A stretch of 64,000 bases of DNA. Origin: Sedimentisphaerales bacterium. GTDB lineage: Bacteria > Planctomycetota > Phycisphaerae > Sedimentisphaerales > Anaerobacaceae. Positions 36,987 to 47,546 of this stretch are shown here, piece after piece (position 1 is the first letter of the stretch; every line of letters begins with the position of its first letter). The notes under the pieces are model-generated. The model saw only the letters and a program-made list of their open reading frames with translations, had not been told where the DNA came from and searched no databases. The stretch is from NCBI GenBank assembly GCA_040772485.1, contig JAXGYC010000010.1:288001-352000 (forward strand). Reading direction: 5' to 3'. The translations under genes and the position numbers were made by a program.

Positions 36987-38780
36987 TCAGGCGGACTTGT
37001 GGTCCAGGAACCCTTCGAGCTTCCGCGCCCGGACCGGGTGCTGAAGCTTGCGGATCGCCTTGGCTTCCACCTGGCGGACGCGCTCGCGCGTGACCTTGAA
37101 AATCCGCCCGACCTCTTCGAGCGTGTAGGTGTAGCCGTCGCCGATGCCGTATCGAAGCTTGATGATTTCCCGCTCGCGGTACGAGAGGGTCTTCAGAACC
37201 ATGTCGATCCGCTCTTTGAGCATCTCCTGCGTCGCCGACGCCACGGGGGAATCGACGTCGTCGTCTTCGATGAAGTCGCCGAAGTACGAGTCCTCGCTGT
37301 CGCCGATGGGCCGGTCGAGGCTGATGGGGTGCTTGGAGATGTTCAGCACCCTTCGCGTCTCCTGCACGGACATGCCGACTTCGTTGGCGATCTCTTCGAT
37401 CGTCGGTTCGCGGCCCAGTTCCTGATGCAGGACTTTGGAGGCGCTGCGAATGCGGCTCATCGTCTCGATCATGTGCACCGGGATACGAATCGTCCGGGCG
37501 TGGTCGGCGATGGCCCGCGTGATCGCCTGGCGAATCCACCAGGTCGCGTACGTGCTGAACTTGTAGCCGCGACGGTACTCGTACTTGTCGACCGCGCGCA
37601 TCAGGCCGGTGTTGCCTTCCTGGATCAGGTCGAGGAAGCTCAGCCCGCGATTACGATACTTCTTCGCGATCGAGACGACCAGTCGAAGGTTGGCGCTGGA
37701 AAGCGTTCGTTTGGCCTCCTCGTACTGGGTGAATACGCGTTCCATCGACCGGAGCTTCTTTTCGAGCAGGTCCGGCGTCTCCAGAACCAGTTCCTGAAGG
37801 CCCGCCAATTCCTGCCGGGCGGCGCTAATGTCGTCGGCGGTCATCACATCGTTGACGCCCGCGGCGATGATCTTCTCAAGCTGACGCATCTTCTCACAGA
37901 CGCCGTGCAGCTTGATCTTCATCGGCTGGATCCGGCTGGTCCGAAGGCTCAGCTCCTCCAGGAGCGTGGCGATCTTGCGCCGATTGCGACGCAGACGCCT
38001 GGCGTCCACCTTGTGCTCGTCACCGTCCGGATTGACGCCGATCTTCTTGAACAGGCCCTGGTTGATGTCGAGAAGCTCCGTCACCGTCTTGAGGTTGGTG
38101 ACCATGCGTTTGCGGATCACCCCTTTGACCGTCAGGGGAGTGGTTCCGGTCTTGATCGTACGATCGAACGACATCGACCCGTCGTAGACCTGCTGGAACA
38201 GCTCCACCGCATTGCGGGCACAATAGTCACACTGGAGCATCTTGCGCCGGAACGCCATGCGGGCGATCTCGATCTTCCGGGCCAGCGAGATCTCATCCTT
38301 GCGCGTCAGCAACGGGATCTGGCCCATCTGCGTCAGGTACATGCGGATCGGATCATCGATCCGGCGGGACGACTCTCCCTCGGTCAGCTCCTTCTCGAGG
38401 GTCTCGTCTTCTTCGTGAGCCTCCTCTTCCTCGGCCACCTCCACCTCCGGAATCTCGGCGTCCTCTTCGAACTCCTCACCGGCCTTGCGGCCCTCCTGCG
38501 CCTCGACGTCGCTTTCGTCGATCAGACGCACCCCCATCTCATCCAGCGTTCCAAGAATCCGTTCGAGCCGGCTGGGGCTGACGGCATCGTCGGGCAGCGA
38601 GTCGTTCATCTCTTCGTAGGTCAGATATCCGCGTTTCTTGCCCTTGGCGATGAGCGTCTTGATCAGTTGCTCGACGTCTTGCGCCTTCGGCTCTTCCGTC
38701 TGTGGCGTGTCGGTCGTTTCAGTGACTTGCGTCTGCTTCATATCTGCCGCCTTCTTGGGTTTCTTCACTTTCTTCGCCAC
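36987..38780 (-). CDS. rpoD: Primary sigma factor sigma70
   Basis: Region 1.1 [65 protein letters not shown] start at 38780 after GGAG (uncertain). Confidence 0.97.
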   Translation of the reverse strand: MAKKVKKPKKAADMKQTQVTETTDTPQTEEPKAQDVEQLIKTLIAKGKKRGYLTYEEMNDSLPDDAVSPSRLERILGTLDEMGVRLIDESDVEAQEGRKAGEEFEEDAEIPEVEVAEEEEAHEEDETLEKELTEGESSRRIDDPIRMYLTQMGQIPLLTRKDEISLARKIEIARMAFRRKMLQCDYCARNAVELFQQVYDGSMSFDRTIKTGTTPLTVKGVIRKRMVTNLKTVTELLDINQGLFKKIGVNPDGDEHKVDARRLRRNRRKIATLLEELSLRTSRIQPMKIKLHGVCEKMRQLEKIIAAGVNDVMTADDISAARQELAGLQELVLETPDLLEKKLRSMERVFTQYEEAKRTLSSANLRLVVSIAKKYRNRGLSFLDLIQEGNTGLMRAVDKYEYRRGYKFSTYATWWIRQAITRAIADHARTIRIPVHMIETMSRIRSASKVLHQELGREPTIEEIANEVGMSVQETRRVLNISKHPISLDRPIGDSEDSYFGDFIEDDDVDSPVASATQEMLKERIDMVLKTLSYREREIIKLRYGIGDGYTYTLEEVGRIFKVTRERVRQVEAKAIRKLQHPVRARKLEGFLDHKSA

Positions 38781-38938
38781 AATACCGACTCCACTAAAGC
38801 CAAAGTGCAAACGCCCGAAATCACCACCCGAGTCCGATGACGTCGCCAGTTTCCGTGTCTGAACACCCGAATTCGACTCTGTTACGGCCTATCTTGCGCC
38901 GCAGTTCGCATCCCGCGTCCTTACCGGACGTGACCGGC

Positions 38939-40732
38939 TCACAGCAGGCCCAGGCTATGGGGGTTCTGTCTGGCCCCCGATCCATCCGTCTCGGCAACAC
39001 CGCCGACCTCATTTCCTTCTTGATCGAGTCCGATGGTCTGAGAATCTTTCCGATATCGTCTCAACACCGAGACAGCGTCCGCCAGCCGGGAAGCATAGTT
39101 GCCCTTCTGCTCCCCGGCCGCCTGAAGGGCCACCAACCCCTCCGCCAGTGACACCGACTCAATCCGAGCCAGCAGCCCGGACAAGGAGAAACCGTCGTCC
39201 AATCGCAGCGCATCCAACAGCACCTCCGCAATCTGACGCAGGATCGGGACGTTGAACAGCGACGCGGAGATCTCTTCCTGGCGGCCCTGAAAGAGAGCAG
39301 GTTCGTTCAGAAGCACTTCGAGCACTTCCCGCTGCGCCGCCGCATGGAGGCCCCGGCCCCAGTCGATGGGTTCGGCTTCATTCCGACGATCTCCATCGGA
39401 TTTCATCGTTTTCGAGACCCGGCCCATCCGCCGGCTCAGATCCGCATTGATCTCCCGTGGCGTCAGGCCGATGATCTTCGAGAGCTTGTTGACGATCAGC
39501 CCGCTGTCCAGCACGGGAATGTTGTTCGCCGCCAGCCCCGTTGCCACCGCCTGGAGGAATTCGTTCAGGATCGTCCTGCGGTTCGCGAGCGAGTCGTCAC
39601 CCTCGAAGGCCCTTCGCAGCCGGTCCCACTTGAACTGGAGAACGTCCGTGGCCCCGTCGATGACCCGGTCAAAAGCCTCCTTGCCTGCCACGAGGAGGAA
39701 TTCGCACGGATCCTTGCCTTCAGGAACGAAACCGAGCTTGATGTCGAGCCTCTGCGAAAGGCACACCTCCAGGGCCCGATTGGCCGCCTCCATCCCGGCG
39801 ACGTCGCTGTCGTACACCAGCACGACGCGTTTGGCGTAACGCCGCAGCGTCCGGCCGTGGCCCGTCGTGAAACTCGTGCCCAACGTCGCGACCACGTTGG
39901 CGCAGCCGAACTGATGGGCCATGATCACGTCGGTATAGCCTTCCACCACGACCGCAGTCCCCGTCGAGACAATCTGATGACGGGCCTGTTCAAGACCATA
40001 GAGGGTGTTGCTCTTGTCGAACAGCGGTGTGCTCGGAGAATTGATGTACTTGGCGCCGGCATCGCTGAGCGTGCGGCCGCCAAACCCGATGAAACGCCCC
40101 GTCGCGTCGGTGATCGGAAACATCAGACGGTGGACGAACTTGTCCTGGCCGGCGCCGGCCACCAGACCGCCCTGCTGAAGCAGACGCAACGGGATTCTCG
40201 GGCCCGCCGCCTTCGCCAGCGCGTCGACGGCATTCGGCGCCACACCCAGGTTCCACCGGGCAATGCTTTCGGCGGAAATCTTGCGACAGGCGAGATAATC
40301 CCGCGCGACCTTGCCGCGATCGGGATCGTTGAGACACTGCTGGAAGAACTTCGTCGCCCAGGCGTTGACCCGCGCCAACAGATTCGGGTCCACGTCCGAA
40401 GCCGGATCGCGACGCGGCGGCGCGGCGGATCGGCGAGACTCCAACTGGATGCCGGCGCGTTCGGCCAACCGCTCCACCGCCTGCGGAAACGTCAGGTTCT
40501 CGCGCATCTGGACGAACTTGATCACGTCGCCGCCGGCACCGCAGGCAAAGCATTTGAAGATCTGCTTGGTCGGGCTGACGTTCATGCTCGGCGTGTGGTC
40601 TTCGTGGAACGGACAGAGACCCAGCATCTCCCGACCCTTCCGCTTGAGACTGACGTGTTCGGCCACCACGTCGACAATATCGTTTGCCTGCTGCACGCGG
40701 CTGATCGCCGCGTGGTCGAATATCCCTGCCAT
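38939..40732 (-). CDS. dnaG: DNA primase
   Basis: CPFH.D.TPS..CFACG zinc finger, GFGGR, KY.NSP, VVEGY.D, YDSD.AG, KDP; directly upstream of rpoD. Confidence 0.96.
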   Translation of the reverse strand: MAGIFDHAAISRVQQANDIVDVVAEHVSLKRKGREMLGLCPFHEDHTPSMNVSPTKQIFKCFACGAGGDVIKFVQMRENLTFPQAVERLAERAGIQLESRRSAAPPRRDPASDVDPNLLARVNAWATKFFQQCLNDPDRGKVARDYLACRKISAESIARWNLGVAPNAVDALAKAAGPRIPLRLLQQGGLVAGAGQDKFVHRLMFPITDATGRFIGFGGRTLSDAGAKYINSPSTPLFDKSNTLYGLEQARHQIVSTGTAVVVEGYTDVIMAHQFGCANVVATLGTSFTTGHGRTLRRYAKRVVLVYDSDVAGMEAANRALEVCLSQRLDIKLGFVPEGKDPCEFLLVAGKEAFDRVIDGATDVLQFKWDRLRRAFEGDDSLANRRTILNEFLQAVATGLAANNIPVLDSGLIVNKLSKIIGLTPREINADLSRRMGRVSKTMKSDGDRRNEAEPIDWGRGLHAAAQREVLEVLLNEPALFQGRQEEISASLFNVPILRQIAEVLLDALRLDDGFSLSGLLARIESVSLAEGLVALQAAGEQKGNYASRLADAVSVLRRYRKDSQTIGLDQEGNEVGGVAETDGSGARQNPHSLGLL

Positions 40733-41023
40733 CAGTGCCTACGCACGTCCTTCCTGAAGCGCCGCTCTCTATGGAAAATCCTCCCGCCCGTCGAGGCCAC
40801 GGGTAGAGATAAGGGCCTGCCTCAATGGTTCCAGAGGCGTGGCTATTAAATAGGGGCCCAATGCCGTCAAAAGTCAAGTGACGGGCGCCAAACGGCCCTT
40901 TCTATACTGAGAAACGCCATCGAACATGGTTTTAGACACTTAGTCAAACGAGGCATAAGTCCGATATGTGTCAGCCTGGCACGACAGAATGCGCTCCTCC
41001 CATCTGACCTGTCCATCCCACAA

Positions 41024-41812
41024 TCACACGCCGGACTCGGGCGGCAGGCCAAAGAAACGCACGGCGGCCTGGGTGCTCTGCCGGGCGAGCTGATCGACGG
41101 ACAGACCCTTCAGCTCGGCCAGAAACCGGGCGGTGTGCACCATCAGAGCCGGCTCGTTCGGCTTCTGACTGCGGACGGGCTCCGGCGACATATACGGGCA
41201 GTCCGTCTCGATCATCAGCCGATCGACGGGCACCGCCTGGGCCGCCTCACGGGCGGTCTGGGCGTTCTTGAAGGTGACCACGCCGGTGAAAGAAATGTAG
41301 TACCCTCTGTCCAGAAGCTGCCCGGCCTGGTCGGCCGACCCGCTGAAGCAGTGGAAGACCACCCCCTTCAGTCCGTCTCCGCAGCCGTCGAGGATTTCGA
41401 GCGTCTCGGCGAACGCATTGCGAGAATGGATGATGACGGGCAAGTCCAGCTCCTTCGCGATGTCCAGATGATCGGCAAAGGCTCGCTTCTGGTCGGGCTG
41501 TTTCGAGAAGTTGTAGTGGAAGTCCAGGCCGGTCTCACCGATGGCGACGACCTTCTCGCTTCGGGCAAGCTCCTTCAGTTCGCCCACGGCCGCGGCGTCG
41601 GCGTCGTTGGCATCGTGCGGGTGGATCCCCACGGAGGCGTACAGGTTCTCGTGCCGGCCGGCCAGCTCAACCGCCTTTCGGCTGTCCGCCAGGCTCGTCC
41701 CGACCGTGATCCAGGCGGTCACGCCCGCCTGCCGGCTCCGCTCCAGCACCTCCGGCACGTCCTCCGCCAGCGGCTCAAACGTCAAATGACAATGCGTGTC
41801 GATCAAATCCAT
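41024..41812 (-). CDS. tatD: TatD family nuclease
   Basis: DTHCHL, G.HPH, GETGLD, IHSR.A, FHCF, ETDCPY. Confidence 0.93.
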   Translation of the reverse strand: MDLIDTHCHLTFEPLAEDVPEVLERSRQAGVTAWITVGTSLADSRKAVELAGRHENLYASVGIHPHDANDADAAAVGELKELARSEKVVAIGETGLDFHYNFSKQPDQKRAFADHLDIAKELDLPVIIHSRNAFAETLEILDGCGDGLKGVVFHCFSGSADQAGQLLDRGYYISFTGVVTFKNAQTAREAAQAVPVDRLMIETDCPYMSPEPVRSQKPNEPALMVHTARFLAELKGLSVDQLARQSTQAAVRFFGLPPESGV

Positions 41813-41917
41813 GCGCCTTACCGCCCCAATTGGCCACAATTAGCATGTCGTCCGGATGCCAGGAGCACCGTTTCCACCGTATCATCTTAGCGGATGAAAG
41901 GCAAAACCGCACCTTCT

Positions 41918-42310
41918 TCATGGCGTGAATGCATCTTCGTAGTGGCGGATTTCGGGGGGGCCGGAATCACCTATGACGATGGTTATGACGTCGAAGCGGC
42001 AGATTCGGTCCTGAATTCGGTGGCAGGCGAGGAAATAGCGGGCGGCGCGTCTGACCCGACGCTTTTTGCCTGGGGTGACCATCGCCTCGGCGGGAGCGAA
42101 CTGCTCGCCGGCACGGGTCTTGACCTCCACGAACACAATGACGCCGTCGGGATCGACCATGACCAGGTCCAGTTCCCCGGTCCGGCAGGAGAAGTTGCGC
42201 GCCAGCGTCTTGAAACCTTTGCCCTTCAGGAACCGCTCGCTTCGCTTCTCGCCCCAGCGGCCGAGTCGGGCCCGATCCGCCAGCAACCTGCGTCTATTGA
42301 ACAACAACAC
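41918..42310 (-). CDS. yraN: YraN family endonuclease-like protein
   Basis: LG.WGE, RNF.C..GELDLV, VFVEVKTR, RFDV. Confidence 0.9.
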   Translation of the reverse strand: MLLFNRRRLLADRARLGRWGEKRSERFLKGKGFKTLARNFSCRTGELDLVMVDPDGVIVFVEVKTRAGEQFAPAEAMVTPGKKRRVRRAARYFLACHRIQDRICRFDVITIVIGDSGPPEIRHYEDAFTP

Positions 42311-42370
42311 GTCAGGCTCTCCCGCACTCTCAGGTCTCGCTGTGCGTCTATAAGGCGACCGTCCGCCGCC

Positions 42371-42400
42371 AAGAAAAAAGGCCGCATGTCATTGCGGCCT
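42371..42400 (-). terminator. rplS intrinsic terminator
   Basis: AGGCCGCA...TGCGGCCT followed by a T-run on the minus strand. Confidence 0.75.
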
Positions 42401-42449
42401 CCAGTTGCCAGTCGTTGAGCCGAAAGCCCGCGTCGCGGGCCTGCGGACC

Positions 42450-42818
42450 CTACTTCGAGACGGTATGCTTGCTGTGGCGATGGGCCAGCTTGACCGCCTT
42501 GCCGGTGCGGGTACGCAGGTAGTATAGCTTGGCCCGGCGGGCCTTTCCGCTCCGGATCGGACGGATATCCAACACGTTGGGCGAATGCAGCGGGAACTTC
42601 CGCTCGACGCCCTCGTTGTTCACGATCCGCCGGACCGTGAAGGTCTCGTTGATCCCCCGTCCTTGCCGGGCGATGACCGTACCGGTGAAAATCTGCGTCC
42701 GAACCTTATCGCCTTCCTTGATCCGGCAGTGGACGTCCACCGTATCGCCGATCTCGAAGTGCGGAAGGGTGTTCTTGAGGTTCTTGCTCTCAACGTGATC
42801 GAGTATTTCCGTCTTCAC
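42450..42818 (-). CDS. rplS: 50S ribosomal protein L19
   Basis: F.IGDTV.V..RI.EGDK.R.Q.F.G.VI, TFTVRR, GVER.FP.HSP, RRAKLYYLR; GTG start with AGGAG RBS. Confidence 0.97.
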   Translation of the reverse strand: MKTEILDHVESKNLKNTLPHFEIGDTVDVHCRIKEGDKVRTQIFTGTVIARQGRGINETFTVRRIVNNEGVERKFPLHSPNVLDIRPIRSGKARRAKLYYLRTRTGKAVKLAHRHSKHTVSK

Positions 42819-43030
42819 CGAACAGTCTCCTTGAGAAGATCGTTTACCGGCCCTGCATGAAAACCTGTACTATACGGACCGGTCGAACCGAAGGCAAGCA
42901 TTTTTTTGCACCGCCTTGGGAGATATTCAAACGCTTCTTTCGGTCGCAACCGGCCCCCAGGAGGGCCGGCGGGAGACCTCCGCCCGGGACCGCAACAGGC
43001 CCCCTGCCCCGGAAACTTGCCAGCGACCGT

Positions 43031-43059
43031 TTGAATTCTGCCCGGGACCCTGGTATTCT
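43031..43059 (+). promoter_or_regulatory. Sigma70-type promoter candidate for purF
   Basis: TTGAAT-N17-TATTCT with extended -10 TG. Confidence 0.5.
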
Positions 43060-43140
43060 GGGGTTACGGAACAATCGGGGCCCGTGCCGGAAGGACGTGG
43101 CCAAGCGGCTCCGCACCTCGATGCAAATGGGAGATTTTGA

Positions 43141-44640
43141 ATGAGTGGTCTCTTTGGCGTCGTCTCGGAAGCCAATTGCAGCGAAACCCTCTTCTACGGC
43201 ACCGACTACCACTCCCACCTGGGCACGGAGTTCGGCGGTCTGGCCGTCCTGGGCGACGAGTTCTCGCGGCGGATTCACGACCTGAGCCAGAGCCAGTTCA
43301 AATCGAAGTTCTTCGACGACTGCCGGCAGATGATCGGCAAGAAAGGCATCGGGGTCATCAGCGCCTCCGAAGAACAGCCGATCTACCTGAACTCGCGGTT
43401 CGGGCCATTCTGCCTGGCCACCGCGGGCATGGTGGAGAACGCCGAGGAACTGGCCGCCCGGCTTCTGCGCAAGGGCATCTCGTTCTCGGAGGTCGGCCGC
43501 AAAGGGGTCAACACCACCGAACTGATCGGCAAGCTCATCAACCAGGGCGCCGACCTGGTCGACGGCATCGAGAGGATGTTCAGCATCATCGAAGGGTCGT
43601 GCTCCCTGCTGCTGCTGACTCGAGCGGGCATCCATGTCGCCAGAGACCGGTTCGGCTACACGCCCCTGGTGGTGGGCCGGGGCAAGGGCTCCTGGGCGGT
43701 AACCAGCGAGTCCAGCGCGTTTCCCAACCTCGGGTTCGAGACCGTCAAGTACGTCGAGCCGGGCGAGATTCTGCTGATCAGCGAAGACGGCATCGTGCAG
43801 CGCAAAGCCGGGCGCAAGCGTCCCGTCCAGGTGTGCACGTTTCTGTGGATCTACACGGGCTTTCCGGCCTCGAGCTATGACGGCATCAACGTCGAGGTGG
43901 TCCGCGAGCGAAGCGGCTGTCTCCTGGCCAAGCGGGACGGCGACATCGGCGTGGACATGGTTTGCGGCGTCCCCGACTCGGGACTCGCCCACGGACTGGG
44001 CTATGCGATGGAATCGGGCAAGCCGTTCCGCCGGCCCCTGGTCAAGTACACGCCGGGATACGGACGCAGTTATACGCCCCCTTCTCAGAAGACGCGAGAC
44101 CTGATCGCCAGGATGAAGCTGATCCCCATCAAAGAGGTCATCGAGGGCCACCGTATTGTGCTTTGTGAGGATTCGATCGTCCGGGGGACCCAACTGAAGA
44201 ACTACGCGATCCAGAAGCTCTGGGACTGCGGCGCCCGGGAGGTGCACGTCCGGGCGGCGTGCCCGCCCCTGCTGTTCCCCTGCCGCTTCAACCTCTCGAC
44301 CCGCTCGATCGACGAGCTGGCCGCCCGCAAGGCCATCCGCCGGATTGAAGGGCACGACATCGTGGACGTCTGTCCGTACATCGATCCGACCAGCGCCAAG
44401 TACGAGCAGATGGTCGAGGTGGTCCGTCAGGACCTCGGCGTCACGACGCTGCGTTACCAGACGGTGGACGACATGGTCGAAGCCATCGGCAAGCCCAAGC
44501 ACCAGCTTTGTCTGTACTGCTGGACCGGCCAGTGCCCGGAGTCCGCCTGCCGACGCAGCGCGATCGACATCGTCGCCACGAAGAAGCGACCGCGCAAGAG
44601 CAGTCCCGTCGATGACTCGGTTCAGCAGCAGCTCTGGTAG
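43141..44640 (+). CDS. purF: Amidophosphoribosyltransferase (N-terminal Cys replaced by Ser)
   Basis: RD.FG..PL, VPDSG, PRPP motif EDSIVRGT, GA.EVH.R.A.PP, candidate Fe-S cysteines (VCTF, PCRF, LCLYC). Confidence 0.92.
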   Translation: MSGLFGVVSEANCSETLFYGTDYHSHLGTEFGGLAVLGDEFSRRIHDLSQSQFKSKFFDDCRQMIGKKGIGVISASEEQPIYLNSRFGPFCLATAGMVENAEELAARLLRKGISFSEVGRKGVNTTELIGKLINQGADLVDGIERMFSIIEGSCSLLLLTRAGIHVARDRFGYTPLVVGRGKGSWAVTSESSAFPNLGFETVKYVEPGEILLISEDGIVQRKAGRKRPVQVCTFLWIYTGFPASSYDGINVEVVRERSGCLLAKRDGDIGVDMVCGVPDSGLAHGLGYAMESGKPFRRPLVKYTPGYGRSYTPPSQKTRDLIARMKLIPIKEVIEGHRIVLCEDSIVRGTQLKNYAIQKLWDCGAREVHVRAACPPLLFPCRFNLSTRSIDELAARKAIRRIEGHDIVDVCPYIDPTSAKYEQMVEVVRQDLGVTTLRYQTVDDMVEAIGKPKHQLCLYCWTGQCPESACRRSAIDIVATKKRPRKSSPVDDSVQQQLW

Positions 44641-44702
44641 AGCGTCCATCGATTTGCCAAGTGACATCGCCACCAAATCGGCAGAAGCCGTGGAGACCGC
44701 AC

Positions 44703-46238
44703 ATGAGACGGATCCATAGCACGAGACGTCAATTCCTGAAAGCGATGGGTGCGACCGCCGCTGCATGGAGCATCCCATCGGCCCATGCAGCCGACGCATC
44801 GGACGCGATCGTCGTCGACCCTACGCCGCGCTTCGAGCTGTCGCCGTACCTGTACATGCAGTTCATGGAGCCGTTGGGCACCACCGATGGCTCGGTGGCC
44901 GCCGCCTGGGACTTCGGACGCGACTGCTGGCGAGAGGACCTGATCGACGTGACCCACAGGCTGGCTCCCACGATGATGCGCTGGGGCGGCTGCTTCAGCT
45001 CCTACTACCGATGGAAGGAGGCGGTCGGTCCTCGCGAAAAGCGAGTGCCGATGCTCAATATGTGCTGGGGCGGCCTGGACACCGGGCAGGTCGGCACGGC
45101 TGAGTTCGTGGACTTCTGCCGGCAGGTGGAGGCCGACCCGCTGATGTGCGTGAACTTCGAATCGGACGGCCGCAAGTACTGGCAGAAGGACCCCAAGGGC
45201 AGCGTCCGCACAGCCGGGCCGGAGGAAGCGGCCGAATGGGTCCGCTACTGCAACGATCCGGACGACCGGCTGCGACGCTCGCACGGGATCGAGAGACCCT
45301 GTCCGATCCGCATGTGGCAGCTCGGCAACGAGACGTCGTACGACCGCGACGGCTACGACTGCGAAACGGCCGCCAAGCGAACCGTTGCCTTCGCCAAGGC
45401 CATGCGGCAGGCCGATCCCAAGCTGACGCTGATCGGCTGGGGCGACAGCGGCTGGGCCAAACGAATGCTCGAAATCGCCGGCGAGCATCTTCAGTACATC
45501 GCCTTCCACCACATGTTCAACCCCGATCAAGGCCAGGCCGATTCGCCCCTGCGCGACACGGAATACCGCAAGGACCCGGCGCGGACGTGGGAGCACCTGA
45601 TGAACGCCCACAAGATTCACGACAACCGCATCCGCTGGATGCGCGAGCAGGTGGGCGACGACCCGACGCCGCTGGCGATGACGGAGTGCCACTTCGCCGT
45701 GCCGGGCCGCAACCGGTGCGAGGTCCTGTCGAGCTGGGCCGCCGGCGTGGCCAATGCCCGCCTGCTGAACGTCCACGAGCGGCACGGCGACCGGCTCAAG
45801 ATCGCCACGCTGGCCGACTTCTGCGGAACGCGCTGGCAGGTCAATGCGATCATGATTCCCGTCCCCGGCGGGCCGTCCTTCATGATGCCGGTGGCGCGGG
45901 TGATGTGCCTGTACCGCCACCACAGCGGCGACCGGGGGGTCGATGTCACGCGCACTCCCGACGGGCTCGACGTCACCGCCAGCCGGCGGGCCGACCGCCT
46001 GTTCCTGCACGTGGTCAACACGAACCGCCGGCAGTCCGTATCGACGCAGATCGCGGTCGCCGGGATGCGCATCGCCTCGGGGCAAGTCTTTGAACTGACC
46101 GGCGATCCGGAACACGAGATCATCCGCGACGAGCCCAACGGCGTGGTCCTCTCGGAGAAGGCGCTGCCGCAGGATGGCCGCTGGAGCTTCCCGGCGGCAT
46201 CCGTCTCGGCGGTGGAACTGGACGTCCAGACGGTTTGA
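44703..46238 (+). CDS. Tat-exported GH51 alpha-L-arabinofuranosidase-like protein
   Basis: TRRQFLK leader; MQFMEP, RWGGCF...Y.W...VGP, G..EF..FC, A.EWV.YCN, W.LGNE, TE. Confidence 0.85.
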   Translation: MRRIHSTRRQFLKAMGATAAAWSIPSAHAADASDAIVVDPTPRFELSPYLYMQFMEPLGTTDGSVAAAWDFGRDCWREDLIDVTHRLAPTMMRWGGCFSSYYRWKEAVGPREKRVPMLNMCWGGLDTGQVGTAEFVDFCRQVEADPLMCVNFESDGRKYWQKDPKGSVRTAGPEEAAEWVRYCNDPDDRLRRSHGIERPCPIRMWQLGNETSYDRDGYDCETAAKRTVAFAKAMRQADPKLTLIGWGDSGWAKRMLEIAGEHLQYIAFHHMFNPDQGQADSPLRDTEYRKDPARTWEHLMNAHKIHDNRIRWMREQVGDDPTPLAMTECHFAVPGRNRCEVLSSWAAGVANARLLNVHERHGDRLKIATLADFCGTRWQVNAIMIPVPGGPSFMMPVARVMCLYRHHSGDRGVDVTRTPDGLDVTASRRADRLFLHVVNTNRRQSVSTQIAVAGMRIASGQVFELTGDPEHEIIRDEPNGVVLSEKALPQDGRWSFPAASVSAVELDVQTV

Positions 46239-46253
46239 CAGGAGACCTGGCCG

Positions 46254-47423
46254 ATGACCGCCATGCACAACACGCGACGCGATTTCCTCCGGATGGCCGG
46301 TTGTGTCGTGGGCATCATACCCGCGATGCAAGGGCGGGACGCCCTCGCCACAACACCTGCTCACGCGGCGGAAACTCAAAACGAGGAATCCGTGAGCGAG
46401 GAGTTCTTCATTCGCCGCGACGAGCTGACGCTGAGATTCCGCCATACGGGGGCCAAACGCCGCCTGTCGTTCGCCAAGTTCAAAGGCACGCCCCAAGCCT
46501 GGCGAGAGGCGTGCCGCGACAAACTGGCGGAGCTGATCGGCTTTTCGAAGCCGGCGCCATGTCGGGCGAGGCTCGTCCGCGCGACCGAGCACCAGGGCGT
46601 CCATATCGAGGCGTGGGTGATGCAGGTCGATGAGAGCCTCTCGATTCCCGCTTACCTGCTGTCTCGCGAGGCGAAGGCAAGGCGCGACAGAGCGGTCATG
46701 ACGATTCACGGCCACGGCGCGGTCGAGCCCTGCGTCGGCATGCACGACGACTACCATCACCAGTTCGCCCTGCGGCTGGCCCAAGCCGGCCATCTCGTGC
46801 TGTGCCCGGCCCTGCGAGGGTTCGGCCCGCTGGGCGACGTCGCGTTCGGCGACCCGGACTGTTGCCTGGACTACTGGCGGTCGGAGCGCGGCCGGCAATT
46901 CACGCTGGTCTCCGACGCGTTCCTCTACGGCCGGACCGTGATCGGCCAGACCATCGAGGACCTGCTGCGCTGGGAGACGTGGCTGGCTGAGCATTGCGGC
47001 GTGCGGACCGTCGACGTCGCCGGCATCTCTTACGGCGGCGACCTGGCGGTCACCTATCCGGTCTTAAGCGAGCGGGTCGGCAGGATCTACGCCAGCGGGA
47101 CGATGGGCTCGTTCGAGGGCATCTTCTCGCGCTGCTACAACGCGCCGGCGCACGGCATCCCGGGCGTCTTGAACTGGATGGACCGCAGCGACGTCGCGGG
47201 CCTGAACGCCCCCCGTCCGATCCGCCTGCACTATGGCGAGCTGGACAAGCCGGGGCCGGACAACAACTCGGCCTCCTACAACGAGACCGTGCAGCCCGCC
47301 CTCGCAGAGCTGCGTACAATCTACAGGGCGTTCGGCGCCGAGAGCAAGGTCAGCCTCCACGTAACGCCCAACTCCTGGCACGAGATCGACAACGACGACC
47401 TGCGGCAGTTCCTCGCAACCTGA
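46254..47423 (+). CDS. Tat-exported alpha/beta hydrolase (esterase-like)
   Basis: TRRDFLR leader; PAYLL, HGHG, GISYGG nucleophile elbow, APRP, C-terminal H. Confidence 0.82.
   Translation: MTAMHNTRRDFLRMAGCVVGIIPAMQGRDALATTPAHAAETQNEESVSEEFFIRRDELTLRFRHTGAKRRLSFAKFKGTPQAWREACRDKLAELIGFSKPAPCRARLVRATEHQGVHIEAWVMQVDESLSIPAYLLSREAKARRDRAVMTIHGHGAVEPCVGMHDDYHHQFALRLAQAGHLVLCPALRGFGPLGDVAFGDPDCCLDYWRSERGRQFTLVSDAFLYGRTVIGQTIEDLLRWETWLAEHCGVRTVDVAGISYGGDLAVTYPVLSERVGRIYASGTMGSFEGIFSRCYNAPAHGIPGVLNWMDRSDVAGLNAPRPIRLHYGELDKPGPDNNSASYNETVQPALAELRTIYRAFGAESKVSLHVTPNSWHEIDNDDLRQFLAT
46302..46352. repeat. Imperfect palindrome (GRDARAT-type) inside coding sequence
   Basis: TGTGTCGTGGGCATCATACCC...GGGCGGGACGCCCTCGCCACA, 15/21 arm complementarity; reads VVGIIPAMQGRDALAT. 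Confidence 0.55.
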
Positions 47424-47546
47424 CAGCCCTCCTCAGGTCCATCAGGTGTGCCCTTGACCATACGCAAAGGGACGGCTCTTCCAGACGAACGACGAAACCC
47501 TCAACTGGGACGTCTGAGCCAAGGGCGAGCCTGAACCTCTCCGTTT

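Noticed and set aside
40733..41023. ncRNA or tRNA between tatD and dnaG
   Set aside because: No cloverleaf or recognisable RNA motif; the region is adequately explained as the dnaG promoter region.
41024..42310. Anti-phage nuclease pair (TatD + YraN)
   Set aside because: Both are common housekeeping-context genes next to rplS and dnaG, with no defence partners.
42819..43140. Purine-related riboswitch (ZTP/PRPP/guanine) upstream of purF
   Set aside because: GC-rich hairpins are present but I could not match any consensus. An Rfam scan is needed.
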